Source: Terriglobia bacterium
GTDB lineage: Bacteria; Acidobacteriota; Terriglobia; Bryobacterales; Bryobacteraceae
Assembly (NCBI GenBank): GCA_963737005.1
Contig: CAVTRD010000005.1
Span: forward strand, 75,891-139,890
Direction of reading: 5' to 3'
DNA length: 64,000 bases
In this document: piece by piece, positions 40,427 through 50,562 of the stretch
Layout: the number at the start of each line of letters is the position of its first letter
Position numbering within the stretch: the first letter of the stretch is position 1
Notes under the pieces: generated by a model
What the model saw: the letters and a program-made list of their open reading frames with translations, nothing else
Databases searched by the model: none
Told to the model about the DNA's origin: nothing
Program-made: the position numbers and the translations under genes

Positions 40427-41623
40427 GTGGGATCGTTCGTGACGCGAACACTGCGGCTGACTATGGCAGCCGCTTCGGGCGTGGCGGTCGCGAACATCTA
40501 CTACAACCAACCGATGTTGGCGGATATGGCAGGCACCCTTCATACCAGCTTTCACCAAATTGCGTTCGTGGCGACCCTGACACAAATTGGATATGCAGCG
40601 GGCATGCCTCTTTTCATTCCGTTGGGTGACTTGGTGAACCGACGCAAGCTGGTCACAACACTCTTCGTAGCAGCTGCCCTCTCCTCCGTCCTCGCCGCCA
40701 TCGCCCATGGGCTTGTCTGGCTCTGCCTGGCAAGTTTCCTGCTGGGTGCGACCAGCGTCATCGCCCAGATCTTGATTCCGCTTGCAGCCGAACTTTCCAT
40801 GCCGGAAGAGCAGGGTCGGACTATTGGAACAGTTTTGAGCGGGGTCTTGCTTGGCATCCTGCTCGCCCGAACTCTCAGCGGGATTGTCGCAGCGCACCTC
40901 GGTTGGCGCGCTATGTACTGGCTTGCCGCCGGGATGTGCTTGACCGTTGCCGGGCTGCTTGCCGGTCGGCTCCCGAATACCAAGCCCAAGGAGTCGATCT
41001 CCTATTTCAGCCTCATGCATTCGCTATTGCTACTGGTGCGCGATGTGCCGAAGTTGCGTCAGGTATGCGTCGTCGCGGCCCTGTTCTTCGCTGCCTTCAG
41101 TGCGTTCTGGACAACGCTTGTCTTTCTTCTAGAGCGCCCACCCTTTCACATGGGCTCGCAGGCAGCCGGTCTGTTTGGGTTAGCTGGAGCTACGGGAGCT
41201 TTGATTGCTCCGGTGGCCGGCAGGTTGTCGGACCGTCGTAGCCCGCGTTTTGTGGTTCGTATCGCTATCGCGGTTCTCGTGCTGTCGTTCGTTATTTTCT
41301 GGGCGGGGTCTCGGAGCATCCCTTTGTTGATCATTGGTGTCATCCTCCTGGACGGAGGGGTGCAAGCGGCCCAGGTTTCGAACCAATCGCGCGTTTTCCA
41401 ACTGCGGCCCGAAGCACGGAACCGGATCAACACGGTTTACATGATCGCGTACTTCGGGGGCGGCTCTCTTGGATCGCTCATCGGCGCCTGGGCTTGGGCG
41501 CGCTGGGCATGGCCCGGCGTTTGTGCAGCCGGGATTGTCTGCATGGTTTTGGCCACAGCGGCGCTTCTCGTTCGCGGCCCGAACTCGGGGGTCCCGGATG
41601 CGCAGACGACCCGCTATCTGTAG
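40427..41623 (+). CDS. MFS transporter
   Basis: 398 aa with about 12 hydrophobic helices and an MFS-type loop motif (GDLVNRRKL). GTG start. Confidence 0.8.
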   Translation: MGSFVTRTLRLTMAAASGVAVANIYYNQPMLADMAGTLHTSFHQIAFVATLTQIGYAAGMPLFIPLGDLVNRRKLVTTLFVAAALSSVLAAIAHGLVWLCLASFLLGATSVIAQILIPLAAELSMPEEQGRTIGTVLSGVLLGILLARTLSGIVAAHLGWRAMYWLAAGMCLTVAGLLAGRLPNTKPKESISYFSLMHSLLLLVRDVPKLRQVCVVAALFFAAFSAFWTTLVFLLERPPFHMGSQAAGLFGLAGATGALIAPVAGRLSDRRSPRFVVRIAIAVLVLSFVIFWAGSRSIPLLIIGVILLDGGVQAAQVSNQSRVFQLRPEARNRINTVYMIAYFGGGSLGSLIGAWAWARWAWPGVCAAGIVCMVLATAALLVRGPNSGVPDAQTTRYL

Positions 41624-41832
41624 CGCAACTAATGTGAAACTGATTCGCTGCTCGCTACCTTGGCGGACGAGTGGTTGGGCTATATCTCGATCTCAGTACG
41701 GCTGCGTTGCTCGAGTCAAGGCGCCTCTGCGAAAGTGGCCGCATTCCACAGCCGGCGAATGTATGTCAGGCTGGAGATGGATTTGACTACACCTTTCTTT
41801 GACCCACATAACAAGAAAGCAACGAATGCGAA

Positions 41833-42234
41833 ATGGCGAAGACTACACCGGAACAGAATAAAACCCTAGTGCTGGAAGCTTTCGAAACGCTGTTTAACAA
41901 ACGCGACTACGCGGCTGCTGCCGAGTTCTGGTCAGCCAGCTACATTCAGCACAGCGCACACATCGAACCGGGTCGGGATGGCTTATTCAATCTCATTCGC
42001 AGCGCACCTGAGACCCTGCGTTACGAACATCAGCTCATTGTCGCGGAGGGCGACTACGTGATTGTTCATGGACGTTTCTCAAACACCGGGCGACCGGTCG
42101 CCTGGATCGCCGCGGATATCGTCAGGGTAGAAGACGGTCATCTTGCCGAACACTGGGACGTCCTGCAGGACGAGGCAACGAAAGCGGAATCGAAAAGCGG
42201 CTTGCCCATGTTTGGCGAGCGCTTCACCGCCTGA
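41833..42234 (+). CDS. SnoaL-like / nuclear transport factor 2 family protein
   Basis: NKTLVLEAFETLFNKRDYAAAAEFWSASYIQHSAHIEPGRDGL...VAEGDYVIVHGRF...DIVRVEDGHLAEHWDVLQDE is the typical SnoaL-like fold pattern. Confidence 0.8.
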   Translation: MAKTTPEQNKTLVLEAFETLFNKRDYAAAAEFWSASYIQHSAHIEPGRDGLFNLIRSAPETLRYEHQLIVAEGDYVIVHGRFSNTGRPVAWIAADIVRVEDGHLAEHWDVLQDEATKAESKSGLPMFGERFTA

Positions 42235-42404
42235 GAAAACTCGTTCATCCATCCACCGACCGAAAGGACGCGGTTCGTTGAGACAGACGGCATTTGCTTT
42301 TTCTTACGGGCGCTTGGGGAATAACAGAACGGCATCTCGATTGTGCTCATCGACAAATCACGGGTAACCTGGACAACTGGGCCCCTTTCGCGGGTCATGA
42401 TATT

Positions 42405-44312
42405 TTGGGTTTTCATTTGGCGTTGCGAGTCTCACTAGTTGCCATCAGCTTGGCGGTTGTCTCTCTCCGAGCTCAACCGCCTAGCCGTTATGTAGGGCCC
42501 GAAGCCTGCGCGTCGTGCCACCGGGAAATATTCGACAGTCAAGCCAAGACGGCCATGGCTCGCACGTGGCGTAGTCCCAACAGTAAGTTTGCGGAGCTCA
42601 ATTTCGAAGAAGGCAAAGATCTCGGTTCGCAAAAGGCTCTGCATTACGGGATCCGAAAGAATGGGAGCCACATCGAAGTCTCGGTGTCCCGCCCGCCCAA
42701 ACCGCCGCTGACACTGCCGGTGCAGGCGATGGTGGGGGGCGAGCGTCACGGCCAAAGCTTTCTCCTCCATCTAGATCAGTTGGGCGGCCTTTCGCTGGCA
42801 CGTCCGGCTCTGATCGAAGCTCGCTACGCGCTTTCTCACGCAGGTACGTTAGTTCTCTCTCCCGGCTTTCGCAAAGAGACGCCTCTTGACCGGGAGGACG
42901 AACTTGGCAGGGTCCTCAGTCCCACGTTTGAGCTTCGCTGCCTCACTTGCCACGGGAAACCAGGAACATTGGGCGCCGGCAGCCAAGGCGGTGTTCGTTG
43001 TGAGAGTTGCCACGGAGAAGGCTCAACCCACGTTGAATCATTGACCGTTCCTGGGTCGCAACTTATTAAACCAAAGCGACTGGAGGGCGAGGCAATCATT
43101 GAAGTCTGCGCGCAATGCCACAGCGGCCTGAGTCCGACGGATCACTCCGATCCGATGCCCGAAGATCTTCTTGTTTCGAGCCAGGTTCCGGCTCTTCGCA
43201 ACTCGGAGTGTTACATCCAGAGTGGGAAACAACTGACATGCACGGCTTGTCACGACCCGCATACTGATTCGACCGCGGTCGCGCAGTCGTCGGTTAAAGT
43301 TTGTCTACGCTGCCATTCGATATCGACGCCGCAACATGCCGGAATCTGCCCCGTTGATCAGAAAGAAGGATGCGTTGGCTGCCACATGCCATCAGTTCAA
43401 TCGGATTCATTCCGGTTAACGGATCACTGGATCAGAGCGCATCCTGAATCCTCGGCTGCTGCGCACACGCGCCCCGAAGCTTTCTCCTCGCAGGTGATTC
43501 CCAAACGAGAGTTCCTTCGCTTGATCGCCGTGGAAAGCGACGAGCAGATGAATATTGTCAGAACGCGCCTGGGGAAAGGCGAGCCGTTCAGTGCTGTTGC
43601 CCATGACCTATCGGTCGATCCAACAGCGCCTGGCGGAGGATTTATTGGAGATGTGGCGCTGGCCGATATGAATCCGCAACTGTCTGCCGCTGCGTCCCAC
43701 TTGGTGCACGACGCAAACAGCGACGTCATCCACGTAGGCGATAAACAGATCATGCTGCATCGCATGTCGCGGGATTTTAAATGGCAGGCAGACCTCCTGT
43801 TCAAACAGGCGGAGGAACTAAACAATCGGGGCGATCGCCTAGCCGCTATAACGAAAAATCAACGGGCGCTTGAAGTCTACCCGTATATGCTGCGCAGCCT
43901 CGTTCTCATGGGAACTATGCTGGGGCAAGCGGGAGATGCAGGTCGAGCCTCCGAAGTGTTAGCATTTGCCGCCCAGTCCTATCCTCACGATGCAACGAGT
44001 GAATTTAATCTCGCCCTGACTTTGAGTAAACAGCCAGCCAGCCAAATTGAGGCGCTGCGGCGCACGATCGGACTAGATCCCGACATGACTGCTGCTTATG
44101 AGAGTCTCGGGGCTGTGCTTTATGCAACCGGCAAACCCGCGGAAGCTATCGCTACATTTCGTAGCGGTCTCCAGATCGACCCACTCTCCGCCATTTTGTA
44201 TTACGATCTCGGGCTAGCCCTGAACGCCCAAGGAGACGATGTGGGCGCGAAAGACTCGCTTAATCTGGCCGTACTCCTCGACCCTGACATCAGCGCTCAC
44301 AAGACCCGCTAA
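42405..44312 (+). CDS. multiheme c-type cytochrome (7 CxxCH) - parvulin-like PPIase - TPR fusion protein
   Basis: There are seven CxxCH motifs: CASCH, CLTCH, CESCH, CAQCH, CTACH, CLRCH and CVGCH. A PpiC/parvulin-like segment follows: LIAVESDEQMNIVRTRLGKGEPFSAVAHDLSVDPTAPGGGFIGDV...VIHVGDKQIMLHRM. C-terminal TPR repeats complete the protein. The start is uncertain: candidates are TTG 42405 and TTG 42417, ahead of the signal-like segment LALRVSLVAISLAVVSLRAQ. The ORF is open from 42294. Confidence 0.75.
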   Translation: MGFHLALRVSLVAISLAVVSLRAQPPSRYVGPEACASCHREIFDSQAKTAMARTWRSPNSKFAELNFEEGKDLGSQKALHYGIRKNGSHIEVSVSRPPKPPLTLPVQAMVGGERHGQSFLLHLDQLGGLSLARPALIEARYALSHAGTLVLSPGFRKETPLDREDELGRVLSPTFELRCLTCHGKPGTLGAGSQGGVRCESCHGEGSTHVESLTVPGSQLIKPKRLEGEAIIEVCAQCHSGLSPTDHSDPMPEDLLVSSQVPALRNSECYIQSGKQLTCTACHDPHTDSTAVAQSSVKVCLRCHSISTPQHAGICPVDQKEGCVGCHMPSVQSDSFRLTDHWIRAHPESSAAAHTRPEAFSSQVIPKREFLRLIAVESDEQMNIVRTRLGKGEPFSAVAHDLSVDPTAPGGGFIGDVALADMNPQLSAAASHLVHDANSDVIHVGDKQIMLHRMSRDFKWQADLLFKQAEELNNRGDRLAAITKNQRALEVYPYMLRSLVLMGTMLGQAGDAGRASEVLAFAAQSYPHDATSEFNLALTLSKQPASQIEALRRTIGLDPDMTAAYESLGAVLYATGKPAEAIATFRSGLQIDPLSAILYYDLGLALNAQGDDVGAKDSLNLAVLLDPDISAHKTR

Positions 44313-44338
44313 TGCACTTAGTTATCGACGCCGCCTGC

Positions 44339-45730
44339 CTAGCGAACCCCAACCTCGTAGCGAGGCCACTGCGCACGGAGAGCATTATGATCGACCGAGG
44401 GCTCGGACTCACACTCGACCTCGAGGACTGTAACAGGAATATCGGGCGCTGGCACCGGCAAACCTATGAAACGTGTCGAGATTTCATTCTGCTCGAACTT
44501 TACCTCCGCTCCGGTCTTGAGCAATCGTGCGGATTTCACCTTGCCCTTCAAGCCCCCGATGGCGACCACGCTTGGAGGCTGATAGAACGATAGCCATTGT
44601 TGAGCCGGTGTATCCCCGGGCCAATTAAAGACATGCACATAGAGGGTGGTGCCACGCCGGGTAAACTGCGCAAGAGTTCCAAAGCTGAAGTTGCCCCGTT
44701 CAGTGCCGTAGATCGCCTTCCCATTTGTGCCAAGCCATTGCCCAACCTGCCCCAGCGTCTGAATCGATTCTTGTGGTATCGAGCCATCCGCTTTTGGCCC
44801 AATATTCAATAGATAATTGCCGCCGCCCTGCGCACAGGTTGCCAGATTCCTGACAATTGTCTTTGGAGTCTTCCAGGCATCGTCACTTTTTTGATAACCC
44901 CAGCTGTCGTTGAGAGTCATGCACGTTTCCCAGGCACGTCCCTCTTTTGCGGCTTCAATGTGCTGCTCAGGCGTTGAGAAGTCGCCATCGAGACCGTTGC
45001 GATTATTGACCACGATCTCCGGCTGCAGCTCAAACACCATCTTGTTCATCGCTTCGGATTCCCATTGCTCGGGTGTGAGGGGCCAATCGACGTCGTACCA
45101 CAGAACGTCGATTTTTCCGTAGTTCGTCATTAGCTCTCGGATCAGGCCATGCGTGTACGCCACAAACCGTTTTCGGGCCGCTTCGTCCCGCGCGCATTTC
45201 GCTCCGTCGGGATGGTGCCAATCCATCAATGAGTAGTAGAACCCGACGCGGAGTCCTTCGGCTCGCGCCGCATCCACGAATTCACGAACCAGATCGCGAC
45301 CGGGACCCTGCCGTGGTGCGCAGTAGTTTGTAAGCTTGGAATCAAAGAGGCAGAAGCCCTCATGATGTTTAGTAGTCATGACCATGTACTTCTGTCCGGC
45401 TCGCTTAGCCAGCCGTGCCCAATCCCGGGCCGCGTTGGGTTTCGGATTGAAACGTTTCGCAAGAATTTCGTACTGGGGAATCGGGATGCCTTCCACCTCC
45501 ATCGCCCACTCATGTTGTCCAATGACGCTATACAGGCCCCAGTGAATGAACATGCCAAACTTTGCCTCATGCCACCAGCGCATTCTTTGCTCGCGCGAAC
45601 TTTCGGCGGAACTCGGTGTCGCTTGTGCGCTAGACAGGATCGGCGTGGCGGCGGGCAGGGTTGCAAGGCCTCCGGCAACGGCCAGGAACTTACGGCGGGA
45701 ATTTCTCGCGTCTGTTTTCACATCGCGCAT
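44339..45730 (-). CDS. alpha-L-fucosidase (GH29), twin-arginine leader
   Basis: The ATG at 45730 gives MRDVKTDARNSRRKFLAVAGGLATLPAA. The GH29 core reads WWHEAKFGMFIHWGLYS...AGQKYMVMTTKHHEGFCLFDS...GGNYLLNIGPKADG. Confidence 0.85.
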   Translation of the reverse strand: MRDVKTDARNSRRKFLAVAGGLATLPAATPILSSAQATPSSAESSREQRMRWWHEAKFGMFIHWGLYSVIGQHEWAMEVEGIPIPQYEILAKRFNPKPNAARDWARLAKRAGQKYMVMTTKHHEGFCLFDSKLTNYCAPRQGPGRDLVREFVDAARAEGLRVGFYYSLMDWHHPDGAKCARDEAARKRFVAYTHGLIRELMTNYGKIDVLWYDVDWPLTPEQWESEAMNKMVFELQPEIVVNNRNGLDGDFSTPEQHIEAAKEGRAWETCMTLNDSWGYQKSDDAWKTPKTIVRNLATCAQGGGNYLLNIGPKADGSIPQESIQTLGQVGQWLGTNGKAIYGTERGNFSFGTLAQFTRRGTTLYVHVFNWPGDTPAQQWLSFYQPPSVVAIGGLKGKVKSARLLKTGAEVKFEQNEISTRFIGLPVPAPDIPVTVLEVECESEPSVDHNALRAQWPRYEVGVR

Positions 45731-45878
45731 TGTATACCGTGTGGAGAAGACCGCGTCCTGCCTGGGTTTGCGGAGCAATCGAACACCATCGGGCATTCCA
45801 AGAATCGTTAAATATTCGCAGACGTGATTACAGCGTCAGATCATCAACGTTAACCGGTCGTAAAGAGGAGCACTGCAC

Positions 45879-46736
45879 ATGTTAGCGAAACCCGCTTCAT
45901 CACCCAAGCGAATCGACGCTCATCACCACTTCTGGATTTACACTCCGGAGCAATATGACTGGATCGATGACTCGATGGCGGGAATTCGGCGGGACTTTCT
46001 TCCGGAGCATCTCAGAGCAGAGATGCGCGCTTGCGGGATGGATGGTGTTGTCTCGGTCCAGGCCCGGCAGACGATCGAAGAAACTCGCTGGCTTCTCGAA
46101 TTGGCTTCACAACAAGACTTCATTCGGGGTGTCGTGGGCTGGGTTCCTTTAGTCGCTCGTAACATTAGTGAAGTGCTCGGGACGCTCGTAGAAAAAGGTT
46201 CATTGAAGGCCGTCAGACATGTTTTGCAGGGCGAACCAGATGAGATGTTTATGCTGGATCGCGACTTCAACCGGGGAGTTGAAGCGCTACATCAGTTCGG
46301 ACTTGTCTACGACATCCTGATCTTCGAGCGGCACTTGCCACAAACAATCGAGTTCGTCGATCGTCACCCGAAACAGATCTTTGTACTCGATCACATAGGA
46401 AAGCCGCGGATCCGCGATCATGTTGTCGCTCCCTGGCGAGAGAATCTGCGCCTGCTGGCTGAACGTCCGAATGTCTACTGCAAAATCTCTGGCATGGTCA
46501 CGGAGGCTGATTGGAATCAGTGGAGCGAGAAGGATCTGATGCCCTACTTTGATATCGTGCTAAACAGTTTTGGACCCGAGCGGCTGATGTTCGGTTCTGA
46601 TTGGCCCGTTAGCTTGGTAGGAACGACATATTGTGGTTGGTTCGATCTGGTTTCGAAGCAAATAGAGACTCTCGGCGAGGATGAGCGCAATGCAATTTTG
46701 GGCGGCACCGCTGTCCGAGCCTACGGACTAGAGTAA
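45879..46736 (+). CDS. amidohydrolase-2 family sugar lactonase (L-fucono/L-galactono-1,5-lactonase-like)
   Basis: [19 protein letters not shown]...[19 protein letters not shown]...VVGWV...[12 protein letters not shown]...VLDHIGKP...[11 protein letters not shown]...[10 protein letters not shown] is colinear with the characterised L-fucono-1,5-lactonase as I recall it. The RBS AAGAGGAG lies upstream. Confidence 0.85.
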   Translation: MLAKPASSPKRIDAHHHFWIYTPEQYDWIDDSMAGIRRDFLPEHLRAEMRACGMDGVVSVQARQTIEETRWLLELASQQDFIRGVVGWVPLVARNISEVLGTLVEKGSLKAVRHVLQGEPDEMFMLDRDFNRGVEALHQFGLVYDILIFERHLPQTIEFVDRHPKQIFVLDHIGKPRIRDHVVAPWRENLRLLAERPNVYCKISGMVTEADWNQWSEKDLMPYFDIVLNSFGPERLMFGSDWPVSLVGTTYCGWFDLVSKQIETLGEDERNAILGGTAVRAYGLE

Positions 46737-46773
46737 AACCGGGCGCGGTTATTGCCGGGCGAGGGTGAATTTT

Positions 46774-48036
46774 ATGGCAGACGTACTATTGCTTCCCAAG
46801 TATTCTTTCGGAGTTGGCGACCGCTTTGCGCATCAGGCGAGAGCGCAACTTGAAGCCTGTCGCAGGGCGTTGGTGCAAGGCGTCGAGGTGATTCCGGTCT
46901 GGAATAAATCCAATCGCGAGCACACGATCATCGGCTCGAATCCTGCCGAGACGAGAGCAGCGGCAGATGAAGCCGTGAAGGCGCTGCAATGGACCAAGCC
47001 GTATTTCCTCGATGCCGATCACATCAACTTGAAGACGGTTGACAGATTCCTGGAGCCATGCGACTTTTACACGCTCGATGTGGCTGATTGGATTGGCCAG
47101 CCTGCCGACAGAGCCAAGGTTGACAAGTTTGCAGAACACCATCCGGAGCTTGTGGGAGATATACGGATCGCTGGCATCGAAGAACCGTTGCGGATCGAGC
47201 GCGATTTCGTCATCAAGACGGCAAACAAGTACCTCGAAGCGGTCCAGGAAGCGGGCCGTATTTACCGCTACATTGCGTCGAAGAAGGGAGAAGGCCGTTT
47301 CATTCCTGAAGTCTCGATGGATGAAACAGACGCTCCGCAGACGCCGGTCGAAATGCTCATTATTTTGGCTGCCATTGCCGACGAGGGTATCCCGATACAG
47401 ACGATCGCACCTAAGTTTACGGGGCGCTTCAATAAGGGAGTCGATTACGCGGGAGACTTGGCGAAATTCACACAAGAGTTTGCCAACGATATTGCAGTGA
47501 TCGCGCTCGCGATCGAGCAGTATGGGCTACCGGGTAATTTGAAGCTGAGCGTGCATTCCGGCAGTGATAAATTTTCGATCTACGAGCCGATCCGCGGGAC
47601 TTTGAAGAAGTTCGATGCCGGTGTCCACCTCAAAACTGCGGGGACAACCTGGTTAGAGGAGCTGATCGGTTTAGCGGAAGCCGGGGGCGCCGGGCTCGGA
47701 CTGGCTAAAGAGATTTACGCCCAGGCTTACGCCCATCGCGAAGAGTTATGCGGGCCTTACGCGAGCGTGATTGACATTGATTCAACTCGGCTTCCGCAAC
47801 CCGAAGAGGTGAACTCCTGGTCATCCGAGCAATTCGTCTCCGCTCTCCGGCACGATCCAAAATCCCGCGCCTACAACAGCAGCATTCGCCAGCTCCTGCA
47901 CGTCGGTTTCAAAGTTGCGGCGAAGATCGGACCGCGCTATCTGGATCTGCTGGTGGCCAATGAAGCGACCATCGCGAAGAACGTAACGGAAAACCTGTAC
48001 GATCGTCATATCAAGCCGCTGTTTATCGGCTGTTGA
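46774..48036 (+). CDS. UxaE-like (tagaturonate/fructuronate epimerase family) protein
   Basis: The pattern FGVGDRF...NKSNREH...G..P...YFLDADHI resembles the UxaE family landmarks (GDR, S.RE, DADH). The assignment is from memory and needs a profile search. Confidence 0.6.
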   Translation: MADVLLLPKYSFGVGDRFAHQARAQLEACRRALVQGVEVIPVWNKSNREHTIIGSNPAETRAAADEAVKALQWTKPYFLDADHINLKTVDRFLEPCDFYTLDVADWIGQPADRAKVDKFAEHHPELVGDIRIAGIEEPLRIERDFVIKTANKYLEAVQEAGRIYRYIASKKGEGRFIPEVSMDETDAPQTPVEMLIILAAIADEGIPIQTIAPKFTGRFNKGVDYAGDLAKFTQEFANDIAVIALAIEQYGLPGNLKLSVHSGSDKFSIYEPIRGTLKKFDAGVHLKTAGTTWLEELIGLAEAGGAGLGLAKEIYAQAYAHREELCGPYASVIDIDSTRLPQPEEVNSWSSEQFVSALRHDPKSRAYNSSIRQLLHVGFKVAAKIGPRYLDLLVANEATIAKNVTENLYDRHIKPLFIGC

Positions 48037-48041
48037 GGAGT

Positions 48042-48818
48042 ATGTCGCTAAAGATCTTCGACTTGACTGGACGCGTTGCCGTCGTGATGGGTGGAACATC
48101 GGGGATTGGGCGGACGATCGCACTCGGATTGGCGGAGGCGGGTGCGGACGTTGTAGCAAGTGGAAGGCGTGAAGCATTGGTCCATGAGGTGGCCGATGCA
48201 GTGGAAAAGGCCGGACGCCGGAGTTTGCGGCAAACTGTTGATGCTTCGAACCGGCAATCCATCGATCGTTTCCGGGATGCCGTTATGAAAGATTTCGGGC
48301 GCATGGACATCCTGGTGAATGCGGCTGGACAGATTTTTCGAAAGGCGACGGTTGAAGTCAGCGAGGAAGAGTGGAACAAGCTGATGGACGTCAATCTAGA
48401 CGGCACCCTGCGTTCCTGCCAGAGCTTCTATGAACCATTGCGCGAGAGCGGCCACGGTCGCGTCGTCAACATCGCGTCATTGAATTCGTTCGTGAGCTTG
48501 CTTGAGGTGACAGCGTATGCCGCTTCGAAAGCTGGTGTTCTCGGTTTAACCCGCAGTCTGGCAGTTGAGTGGGCTCCGAAAGGCATCAACGTAAATGCTA
48601 TTGCTCCCGGGGTTTTTCGCACAGAATTGAACTCTGGCCTGCTCGACGGCACGGGTCGCGGCCGCGAGTTACTACTGCGCACACCTATGAAGCGTTTCGG
48701 CAGCATACCGGAATTAACCGGGGCGGCGCTCCTGCTTGCCTCCGATGCTTCGAGCTTTATCACGGGACAATGCATTGTCGTAGACGGCGGGTTTCTTTCA
48801 TCGGGATTGAATCAGTAG
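48042..48818 (+). CDS. SDR family oxidoreductase
   Basis: The Rossmann motif is VVMGGTSGIGRTIALGLAEAGADVVA. NAAG and the YAASKAGVLGLTRSLAVEW catalytic Y-x3-K are present. The ATG is preceded by GAGGAG. Confidence 0.85.
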   Translation: MSLKIFDLTGRVAVVMGGTSGIGRTIALGLAEAGADVVASGRREALVHEVADAVEKAGRRSLRQTVDASNRQSIDRFRDAVMKDFGRMDILVNAAGQIFRKATVEVSEEEWNKLMDVNLDGTLRSCQSFYEPLRESGHGRVVNIASLNSFVSLLEVTAYAASKAGVLGLTRSLAVEWAPKGINVNAIAPGVFRTELNSGLLDGTGRGRELLLRTPMKRFGSIPELTGAALLLASDASSFITGQCIVVDGGFLSSGLNQ

Positions 48819-48840
48819 CGGAGGAGGTTGAGACCACGTC

Positions 48841-49230
48841 ATGCTCAGGACAGGAATCCTAAATCCTCACATTAGCTCTCTGCTGGCGCGCGTGCGGCAC
48901 ACGAATACGTTGGTGATTGCGGATCGAGGGTTCCCATTTTGGCCGCAGATAGAAACCGTCGACATTTCGCTCGTAGACAACATTCCCCGGGTACTCGACG
49001 TACTGCGGGCGGTTCGAGCTAGTTTTGTCATTGGGCGCATTTTTCTCGCTGAGGAATTCCGATCGGCTAATGACCCTGAAACGAGCCGCGAGTTTATGCA
49101 GAGTTTAGAAGGAGTAGCGGTTTCGATTGAACCGCATATCGACTTGAAAAAACGCGTTCCCACGGCGATCGGTCTCATTCGCACGGGGGACACTACTCAA
49201 TACGCGAACCTTATCCTCGAGTCGGCATGA
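48841..49230 (+). CDS. RbsD/FucU family sugar mutarotase/pyranase
   Basis: ILNPHISSLLARVRHTNTLVIADRGFP...QYANLILES parallels E. coli RbsD ([26 protein letters not shown]...PYANIIL). Confidence 0.8.
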   Translation: MLRTGILNPHISSLLARVRHTNTLVIADRGFPFWPQIETVDISLVDNIPRVLDVLRAVRASFVIGRIFLAEEFRSANDPETSREFMQSLEGVAVSIEPHIDLKKRVPTAIGLIRTGDTTQYANLILESA

Positions 49231-50549
49231 TAAACCCCGGCTTCATACCTTCGGCAGAGAGCTCTCCCCCCGATACACGCCATCACGACTTGTTTCCGCG
49301 CCAAACGCTCCTTCCGTTTGTTCTGGTCACGGCCTTGTTTTTTCTTTGGGGCATACCCAATAACCTGAACGACATCCTGATCCGACAATTCATGAAGTCG
49401 TTCGCGATCTCCCGCTTCCAGGCGGGGCTGGTACAGTCCGCTTTCTATCTTGGGTACTTTCTCCTCTCGATGCCCGCAGCACTGCTTATGCGCGCCCACG
49501 GGTACAAGGCAGGACTGGTGACCGGTCTTATTCTCTATGGCGCCGGAAGCTTTCTCTTCTGGCCGGCTGCGCTATCCCAAAGCTATTGGTTTTTTCTGTT
49601 CGCGCTTTTTGTCATCGCAAGTGGATTGGCTTTTCTCGAAACGGGAGCTAGTCCCTTTATTACGCAGGTCGGCGACCCGGCAACAGCAGAACGGCGTTTG
49701 AACTTTTCGCAAGCGTTCAATCCTCTGGGTTCGATTGCTGGTGTACTGGTTGGCACAGCATTCATCTTCTCCGGCGTCGAGTTAACGCCCGCTCAAGTCG
49801 CGAGCATGAAAGCCGCAGGGCAGTACAGCGCATATTTGCAGCACGAAACAGCGAGAGTGACTGCGCCTTATGTCGTGCTCGGCTGTCTCGCTCTGCTTTG
49901 GGCATTCCTGCTTTGGAAACTTCGTTTTCCGGAACTCGGTGAGGAACACGATCATGCGGCGGACGCAAGCCACGGCCGGTTCCGGGATCTGCTGCAATAC
50001 CCGCATTTCGTGCAAGCAGTTGTAGCGCAATTTTTCTATGTCGGCGCGCAGGTCGGGACCTGGAGTTATTTCATTCAGTACGTGCAGGAATACACCCATC
50101 AGTCCGAGAAGACCGCCGGCTACTTCCTTACAGGCACACTGCTGGCCTTTGCTGCAGGAAGGTTTGCGGCGACATACCTGATGCGTCTGGTGACGCCAAA
50201 CCGGCTGATGGGGGCGTACAGTATCGTGAACGCAGTGCTGGTTGTTATCGGGATTCTATTCCCTGGCTGGATTGGTCTATGGGCGATTTTTCTCACCAGC
50301 TTCTTCATGTCGCTCATGTTCCCAACCATCTTTGCTCTGGGGTTGAAAGGACTGGGTCCAAACACGAAACTGGGCGGTTCGCTGATCGTAATGGCCATCA
50401 TTGGCGGAGCAGTTTTTACACCGTTGATGGGCTTGCTGTCGGAGGCCGCCGGGAGCATGGCGAAAGCGATGCTGATTCCGCTAGGCTGCTATCTGTTTAT
50501 CACGTATTTTGCATTCGTGGGCTCGAGGGTTCGTCCGGCTCGCGCCTGA
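49227..50549 (+). CDS. fucP: L-fucose:H+ symporter family permease
   Basis: LPFVLVTALFFLWGIPNNLNDILIRQFMKSFAISRFQAGLVQSAFYLGYF...YKAGLVTGLILYGAGSFLFWPAA is near-colinear with E. coli FucP. The start overlaps the upstream stop (ATGA). Confidence 0.85.
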   Translation: MINPGFIPSAESSPPDTRHHDLFPRQTLLPFVLVTALFFLWGIPNNLNDILIRQFMKSFAISRFQAGLVQSAFYLGYFLLSMPAALLMRAHGYKAGLVTGLILYGAGSFLFWPAALSQSYWFFLFALFVIASGLAFLETGASPFITQVGDPATAERRLNFSQAFNPLGSIAGVLVGTAFIFSGVELTPAQVASMKAAGQYSAYLQHETARVTAPYVVLGCLALLWAFLLWKLRFPELGEEHDHAADASHGRFRDLLQYPHFVQAVVAQFFYVGAQVGTWSYFIQYVQEYTHQSEKTAGYFLTGTLLAFAAGRFAATYLMRLVTPNRLMGAYSIVNAVLVVIGILFPGWIGLWAIFLTSFFMSLMFPTIFALGLKGLGPNTKLGGSLIVMAIIGGAVFTPLMGLLSEAAGSMAKAMLIPLGCYLFITYFAFVGSRVRPARA

Positions 50550-50562
50550 CCGGAAGCGGCAG

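Noticed and set aside
40334-41020. A 228-aa minus-strand ORF that spans part of the SPL/MFS intergenic region and the 5' half of the MFS gene.
   Set aside because: It lies opposite a clean 12-helix MFS reading frame. Its translation (Gly/Arg/Gln/Cys-rich) has no family resemblance and no plausible ribosome-binding site.
41624-41832. A 209-nt non-coding gap examined for a tRNA, small RNA or riboswitch. The other gaps at 15971..16182, 42235..42404 and 40196..40426 were examined the same way.
   Set aside because: I could identify no cloverleaf, conserved riboswitch core, strong hairpin or terminator by eye. These are most simply ordinary promoter regions. A covariance-model scan would be needed to exclude small RNAs.
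45731-45878. A possible LacI operator in the GH29/lactonase divergent region (TCAACGTTAA, TTACAGCGTCAGAT).
   Set aside because: These are only short, imperfect palindromes. They do not match the AGT.A.....T.ACT pattern shared by 53763..53776 and 60351..60364, so chance occurrence cannot be excluded.
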